Assembly (NCBI GenBank): GCA_963754875.1
Contig: CAVWHO010000020.1
Location: forward strand, 288,001-352,000
Source of the DNA: Nitrospirota bacterium
GTDB taxonomy: Bacteria; Nitrospirota; UBA9217
Direction of reading: 5' to 3'
Length of the DNA stretch: 64,000 bases
This document shows, piece after piece, positions 58,616 to 64,000 of this stretch. The notes under the pieces are model-generated. The model was given only the letters and a program-made list of their open reading frames with translations. It was not told where the DNA came from and did no database searches. Both the position numbers and the translations under genes were made by a program. Each line of letters starts with the position of its first letter. The first letter of the stretch is position 1.

Positions 58616-61009
58616 ATGACCAAAGCACTCTCCGATGAACAACGCGAAGCCATACATGCGTACTGGCGCGCGGCGAATTATCTTTCCGTGGGCCAGATCT
58701 ATCTCTACGATAATCCGTTGCTCAAAGAGCCGCTGAGGCTGGAGCACATCAAGCCGCGGCTCCTGGGCCACTGGGGCACCACCCCGGGCCTCAACTTCAT
58801 CTATGTCCACCTGAACCGAGTGATCAAGGAACGCGACCTCAACGTCATCTTTATCTGCGGCCCGGGCCATGGGGGCCCGGGCATGGTGGCGAACACGTAC
58901 CTGGAAGGAACGTACAGCGAATTCTACTCCCACATCACCCAGAACGCGGAGGGGATGCGGAAGCTCTTCAAACAGTTTTCCTTTCCCGGCGGGATCCCGA
59001 GCCATGCGGCCCCGGAAACGCCCGGCTCCATTCACGAGGGAGGGGAACTGGGGTATTCGCTCTCTCACGCCTATGGAGCCGCTTTCGACAATCCCGATCT
59101 CATTGTTGCCTGCGTGGTGGGCGACGGCGAGGCAGAGACCGGCCCCCTTGCCACGGCGTGGCATTCGAACAAATTCCTGAACCCGGCCACTGACGGCGCC
59201 GTGCTGCCGATCCTGCACCTGAACGGCTACAAGATCGCGAACCCCACAGTCCTGGCTAGGATCAGTCACGGGGAACTGGAGGACCTCTTTACCGGATACG
59301 GATATCATCCCTATTTTGTCGAGGGCTCGGACCCAGTGGTCATGCATGAGAAAATGGCCGAGACCCTCGACACCGTGATAGGTGAGATCCAGTCGATCCA
59401 GAGCAAGGCCCGCAGCGGCGGTGCGGTGGAACGTCCGCGTTGGCCCATGATCATCATGCGAACACCCAAGGGGTGGACAGGCCCGAAGGAAGTCGACGGA
59501 AAAAAGACAGAGGGATTCTGGCGTTCGCACCAGGTCCCCTTTGCCGATATGGACAAGCCGGAGCATGTGAAGCTGCTCGAAGAGTGGATGAAGAGCTATA
59601 AGCCGGAGGAGCTGTTTGACGAGAACGGCCGGTTCATCCCGAAACTGGCAGCGCTTGCCCCACGCGGAAACCGCCGCATGGGAGCCAATCCCCATGCCAA
59701 CGGCGGCCGGCTTCTCATAGATCTGAATATGCCCGATTTTCGGGACTATGCCGTTGCGGTGCCGAAGCCCGGCAAGGTCCAGGCCGAGGCCACGAGGATC
59801 ATGGGCGATTTTTTACGGGACATCGTGAAGCTCAACAAAGACAGCAGGAACTTCCGGGTCGTGGGCCCCGATGAAACAGCCTCGAACCGGCTCAGTGCGC
59901 TGTTCGAAGCAACGAACCGGGTGTGGATGGCGGACAGGATCCCCGAAGACGAGAGCCTTGCGCCCGAAGGCAGGGTGATGGAGATCCTGAGCGAACACAC
60001 CTGCCAGGGCTGGCTTGAAGGCTATCTTCTGACCGGCAGACACGGACTCTTCTCCTGCTACGAGGCCTTTATTCATATCGTCGACTCCATGTTCAACCAG
60101 CACGCCAAGTGGCTCAAAGTCACGAAGAACGAGATCCCCTGGCGCCGGCCCATCGCCTCCCTGAACTATCTGCTCACGTCCCACGTCTGGCGCCAGGACC
60201 ACAACGGCTTCAGTCACCAGGATCCCGGTTTCATCGACATGGTTGTGAACAAGAAAGCCGACGTCATTCGCGTGTACCTGCCGCCCGACGCGAACACCCT
60301 CCTGTCCATCACCGACCACTGCCTCCGGAGTCGCAACTACATCAACGTTATCGTGGCAGGCAAACAGCCCGAGGCGCAGTGGCTCGACATGGAGTCCGCG
60401 GTCAAGCACTGTTCCGCGGGGATCGGCATCTGGGAGTGGGCAAGCAATGACAAAGGCGCAGAGCCGGACGTGGTCATGGCCTGCGCAGGGGACGTGCCGA
60501 CGCTCGAGACACTTGCTGCAGTCGAGCTCCTGCGGCAATACGCGCCGGACCTCAAAATCCGGGTCATCAACGTGGTCGACCTGATGACGCTCCAGCCGAA
60601 GGAGGAGCATCCCCACGGCCTTTCGGACAGGGACTTCGACACGCTCTTCACAATGGACGCACCTATCATCTTCGCATTCCACGGCTATCCCTGGTTGATC
60701 CACCGGTTGACCTACCGGAGGACGAACCACAAAAACCTCCACGTGCGCGGGTACAAGGAGGAGGGGACCACGACCACACCGTTTGACATGGTGGTAAGGA
60801 ACGACCTGGACCGTTTTCATCTCATGTCCGACGTGATCGACCGCGTGCCGAAGCTCGTCTCCATCGCCGCGTACGCCAAACAGGCCGTGCGCGACAAACT
60901 GGTAGAACACCGGGAGTACATTACGAAGTACGGCGAAGATATGCCCGAGATCAGGGAATGGACCTGGAAGGGGCCGAGGTCGCAGGGGACCGCCATACAC
61001 GGCAACTAG
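58616..61009 (+). CDS. xfp: Xylulose-5-phosphate/fructose-6-phosphate phosphoketolase
   Basis: [38 protein letters not shown] and [11 protein letters not shown] motifs. Confidence 0.96.
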   Translation: MTKALSDEQREAIHAYWRAANYLSVGQIYLYDNPLLKEPLRLEHIKPRLLGHWGTTPGLNFIYVHLNRVIKERDLNVIFICGPGHGGPGMVANTYLEGTYSEFYSHITQNAEGMRKLFKQFSFPGGIPSHAAPETPGSIHEGGELGYSLSHAYGAAFDNPDLIVACVVGDGEAETGPLATAWHSNKFLNPATDGAVLPILHLNGYKIANPTVLARISHGELEDLFTGYGYHPYFVEGSDPVVMHEKMAETLDTVIGEIQSIQSKARSGGAVERPRWPMIIMRTPKGWTGPKEVDGKKTEGFWRSHQVPFADMDKPEHVKLLEEWMKSYKPEELFDENGRFIPKLAALAPRGNRRMGANPHANGGRLLIDLNMPDFRDYAVAVPKPGKVQAEATRIMGDFLRDIVKLNKDSRNFRVVGPDETASNRLSALFEATNRVWMADRIPEDESLAPEGRVMEILSEHTCQGWLEGYLLTGRHGLFSCYEAFIHIVDSMFNQHAKWLKVTKNEIPWRRPIASLNYLLTSHVWRQDHNGFSHQDPGFIDMVVNKKADVIRVYLPPDANTLLSITDHCLRSRNYINVIVAGKQPEAQWLDMESAVKHCSAGIGIWEWASNDKGAEPDVVMACAGDVPTLETLAAVELLRQYAPDLKIRVINVVDLMTLQPKEEHPHGLSDRDFDTLFTMDAPIIFAFHGYPWLIHRLTYRRTNHKNLHVRGYKEEGTTTTPFDMVVRNDLDRFHLMSDVIDRVPKLVSIAAYAKQAVRDKLVEHREYITKYGEDMPEIREWTWKGPRSQGTAIHGN

Positions 61010-61122
61010 GCCTGGCCGCATGTGCCTGAAGCACGACGACGTATGACGGTGGCAGGGGAAAAGGACATCCTCAAACGGGCTGCGGGGAGGAAATCATAAA
61101 AAAGACTTTTGACTTTCGGTTC

Positions 61123-62901
61123 ATGCGACCCATGAGAAAAGCGGGCTTTCTGTTCCTTGCCGCTCTGACCGGCGTGATCGCCGGACTGGGCGCAGTGGTC
61201 TTTCGCGCGCTCATCGCCTTCGTTCACAACGGACTCTTTTACGGCAGGCTCTCGACCGTCTACGATGCAAACGTGCACACGGCTGCAAGTATGTGGGGGC
61301 CCTTCGTTATTCTCGTGCCGGTGATCGGATCGCTGGGAGTGACCTTTCTGGTCACGCATTTTGCTTCCGAAGCGAAGGGACACGGGGTACCCGAGGTGAT
61401 GGACGCCGTGTACTACGGCAAGGGCGTCGTCCGTCCTCTCGTCGCCGTAATCAAGTCCCTTGCCTCGGCGCTTTCCATCGGCAGCGGTGGGTCCGTGGGG
61501 AGAGAGGGGCCGATCGCTCAGATCGGCTCGGCCTTCGGGTCCACCCTAGGCCAGATCTTAACCATGACGACGAAGCAGCGCATCACCCTGATCGCCGCCG
61601 GCGCGGGAGGGGGCATCGCGGCGACTTTCAACACGCCCATTGGCGGTATCCTGTTCGCTGTCGAGCTCCTGCTGCACGAAGTGAGCGTAGCCACGCTGGT
61701 GCCCGTCGCGGTCACAACGGTCACGGCAACGTACGTGGGGCAGCTTTTCTTCGGTGTCCATCCGTCCTTCGTCATCCCGGCGCTGCAGCAACCCTATTTC
61801 CACCCGCTCAATCCCTTGCTCCTCGCCCCTTACGCGGCCCTCGGCGTGCTCATGGGCCTGGCTTCGGCGGTGTATATCCATTCGCTCTACCTGGCCGAGG
61901 ACTTTTTCGAGAAACATACCGTGGCGAATCCCTATCTGCAACATGGGGTGGGCATGCTGGCCGTAGGAGGGCTGATGTACGTCCTGCTGACCACGACGGG
62001 AAATTATTATGTCGACGGCGTCGGCTACTCGACGATCCAGGACATCCTGACCGGAAAGATGAACACCGTACACATCCTCGTGCTGCTGTTCTTCATGAAG
62101 CTTCTTGCGACATCTCTCACCCTGGGGTCAGGAGGCTCGGGCGGAATTTTTTCGCCGTCCCTGTTCCTGGGTGCAACCGCCGGAGGCGCTTTCGGGATCG
62201 TTCTCCAGCATCTGTTTCCGCATACGCCGGTCAGTCCGACAGCCTTCGCCGTGGCGGGCATGGCAGGCATGGTGGGCGGCGCCACCGGCGCGGCCATGAC
62301 GGCGATCGTCATGATCTTCGAGATGACCCTCGATTACAGCGTTATTCTGCCGATGACAATGACCGTGGTACTAAGCTATGGCACCCGTACGCTGCTCACA
62401 CGGGAAAGCATCTATACGATGAAGCTCGCACGCCGGGAACACTACATTCCCGCGGCGCTCCAGGCGAACCTGCTCCATGTCCGGCGTGCGCGGGACATAA
62501 TGGAGAAACCGCTCGGGACCGTATCAGTATCGGACAGTCTGGATGTTCTTGCCCGCCGCACCGCGGAGCACGCGGAGGTGGGATGGTTCCTCGTCGTCGA
62601 GGTCGGCCATGTTGCGGGCATTGTGCCGGGGGACTATGCGTTATCCGCCCCTGAGACCGAGCGCAGAGGCTGGCACTCCGTGGCCGACGTGATGCGGCGC
62701 GACTTCATTCATGCCCGCGTGGACGAGACCATGGACAGCATCGTCGCACGCATGCACCGGCCGCACGCCGCAGTGGCGCTCGTGCTCAGATATCCGGGAT
62801 CGCCGCCCTCCGTCGGTGACGTCGTGGGCATTATCTCCTGGGAGCGTGTCGCGGAACTGCTGGAGGAGACTGTTGAACTGTTTTCGGAAGCTCGGGAATA
62901 G
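61123..62901 (+). CDS. ClC family chloride channel/antiporter with C-terminal CBS domains
   Basis: GHGVPEV, GREGP, GGIFSP and SIYT motifs; degenerate CBS pair. Start 61123 or 61132. Confidence 0.92.
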   Translation: MRPMRKAGFLFLAALTGVIAGLGAVVFRALIAFVHNGLFYGRLSTVYDANVHTAASMWGPFVILVPVIGSLGVTFLVTHFASEAKGHGVPEVMDAVYYGKGVVRPLVAVIKSLASALSIGSGGSVGREGPIAQIGSAFGSTLGQILTMTTKQRITLIAAGAGGGIAATFNTPIGGILFAVELLLHEVSVATLVPVAVTTVTATYVGQLFFGVHPSFVIPALQQPYFHPLNPLLLAPYAALGVLMGLASAVYIHSLYLAEDFFEKHTVANPYLQHGVGMLAVGGLMYVLLTTTGNYYVDGVGYSTIQDILTGKMNTVHILVLLFFMKLLATSLTLGSGGSGGIFSPSLFLGATAGGAFGIVLQHLFPHTPVSPTAFAVAGMAGMVGGATGAAMTAIVMIFEMTLDYSVILPMTMTVVLSYGTRTLLTRESIYTMKLARREHYIPAALQANLLHVRRARDIMEKPLGTVSVSDSLDVLARRTAEHAEVGWFLVVEVGHVAGIVPGDYALSAPETERRGWHSVADVMRRDFIHARVDETMDSIVARMHRPHAAVALVLRYPGSPPSVGDVVGIISWERVAELLEETVELFSEARE

Positions 62902-63022
62902 CCTCTTCCCTTCTCCTGATCGAAGAAGGACTGTCCTGCACGTGAAAATCCCCGCCCTGAAAATGTGATCGAAGAAGACCTTCAAGCCTTGCGAAGTGCA
63001 GCATCCTCGCGCAACTTCGCTC

Positions 63023-63496
63023 TTACTCGGGCCAGGAATCGGAAACGGCCTTCGGCTCGCGCTTCACGAGAAGGATGGAACAGGGCATCCTCCGGATAAG
63101 GTCCTCATTGTCCCTTCCGAAAAGTAAGTGTTCGAGCCGCGATTCTTCATGGGCAGGAAGCACGAGGAGATCGATCTTCTCGTCCCGCACGATCTTCTCG
63201 ATTTCATCGACGGGTTTGCCTTCCCGGATCAGTTCCTTGACTGCCATGCCCTGCCGTTTTTCTTCGGCAACGAGGTTGTCCATGTCCTTCCTCGTCTTTT
63301 CGAGCAGACGACGAAGATCCTGCTCAAGTGACGGGAGGGGAAGGTTCCATCCCTCGATCCCGAAGGGGTTGTGAATGATGTGTGCGACGTATAATTCCGC
63401 GCCAAAGCTCCTGGCTTGGTCTACGGCAGCCCGGACTACAGGGCCGCAACGGCTTGTCAGCATGCAGACGACGAGGACTCGTTTGATGTTATTCAT
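63023..63496 (-). CDS. Universal stress protein
   Basis: IKRVLV, EGKPVDEI, IDLLVL and MPCSILLV motifs. Confidence 0.88.
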   Translation of the reverse strand: MNNIKRVLVVCMLTSRCGPVVRAAVDQARSFGAELYVAHIIHNPFGIEGWNLPLPSLEQDLRRLLEKTRKDMDNLVAEEKRQGMAVKELIREGKPVDEIEKIVRDEKIDLLVLPAHEESRLEHLLFGRDNEDLIRRMPCSILLVKREPKAVSDSWPE

Positions 63497-63555
63497 GAAA
63501 CATCTTCCTTTCTTGCTTTTTACAGCCGTTACACCTGCCTGCGGTGATGTTTTTC

Positions 63556-63858
63556 TCAGGCATTATGCCGCTTTTTAAATTTGTCCTTTGCTGATGAGAC
63601 AGCTTCTGTGAAATCAATCCAGGTCTTATCAAGGCCATCTCGCAGCGTCTCCCATGCCTCGCCGCTGGATTGCCTCAGTTCCTGGAGCTTTTGTTGAACG
63701 CTGTCACGCTTTTTCTTGAGGTCGCGCAGGTTGTTCTGGTACCCGCTTTTCAGGTCTTCTTTGGCGACTGCCATCTTTGTCTCCATTTCATCGATCCTGG
63801 AAGACCAATCCTTCAACTGCTTGGCCATTTTGTCGATATATTCTTGCCGTGTTTTCAT
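63556..63858 (-). CDS. Small coiled-coil hypothetical protein, probably stress-associated
   Basis: RQEYIDKMAKQLKDW...KLQELR..SGEAWETLRDG..KTW amphipathic pattern; GGAGG RBS. Confidence 0.8.
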   Translation of the reverse strand: MKTRQEYIDKMAKQLKDWSSRIDEMETKMAVAKEDLKSGYQNNLRDLKKKRDSVQQKLQELRQSSGEAWETLRDGLDKTWIDFTEAVSSAKDKFKKRHNA

Positions 63859-64000
63859 AATACTTTCCTCCACAGAATATCGAACGTCTTTACTTTAATC
63901 TTAAAACTCACTGATACATCTGTCAATATAAGCCAAGAGCGAATATAACGAGCCGCGTGCAAAGGAAACAACGGAACTAAGACAAACTGCTGAGGAGAAA

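Overview
Bacterial chromosome segment. Gene content suggests a Gram-negative anaerobe or microaerophile such as Nitrospirota or Desulfobacterota; this is inference only. Bases 1-13.5 kb hold housekeeping genes: bioA (partial), DegQ/HtrA, PIN-TRAM, yebC-ruvCAB, queH, SpoIID/LytB, a TPR protein, xerD and a DHH-CBS tRNA nucleotidyltransferase. The rest is a patchwork of stress and accessory modules: (1) an RRM/bS21/Lys-rich microprotein cluster; (2) a DsrC/TusE-like protein lacking its C-terminal Cys; (3) MarR plus a degenerate serine hydrolase; (4) Pal, ClC, MscS and MltD; (5) a trehalose (TreT, TreZ, TreY) and glucosylglycerate-type osmolyte cluster; (6) an unusual copper locus behind a candidate sigma54 promoter, reading SHOCT, short-T-loop PII-like, orphan Cys/His-modified HEPN, HMA, YHS-fused thioredoxin-reductase homologue without CxxC, SRPBCC, 37-aa HMBD, CopA; (7) a Rieske/cytochrome b complex flanked by two paralogous pentaheme cytochromes c; (8) a glgP-gnd-zwf-ackA-xfp glycogen-to-acetate module with USPs and a second ClC. 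Module (6) is the best candidate for an undescribed system. Three gene remnants mark module junctions or deletions (GspC, Pma1-type H+-ATPase, ROK glucokinase). Two genes carry +1 C frameshifts that may be sequencing errors. No rRNA, tRNA, CRISPR array or transposase was seen. All family calls come from motif recognition by eye, not database searches.
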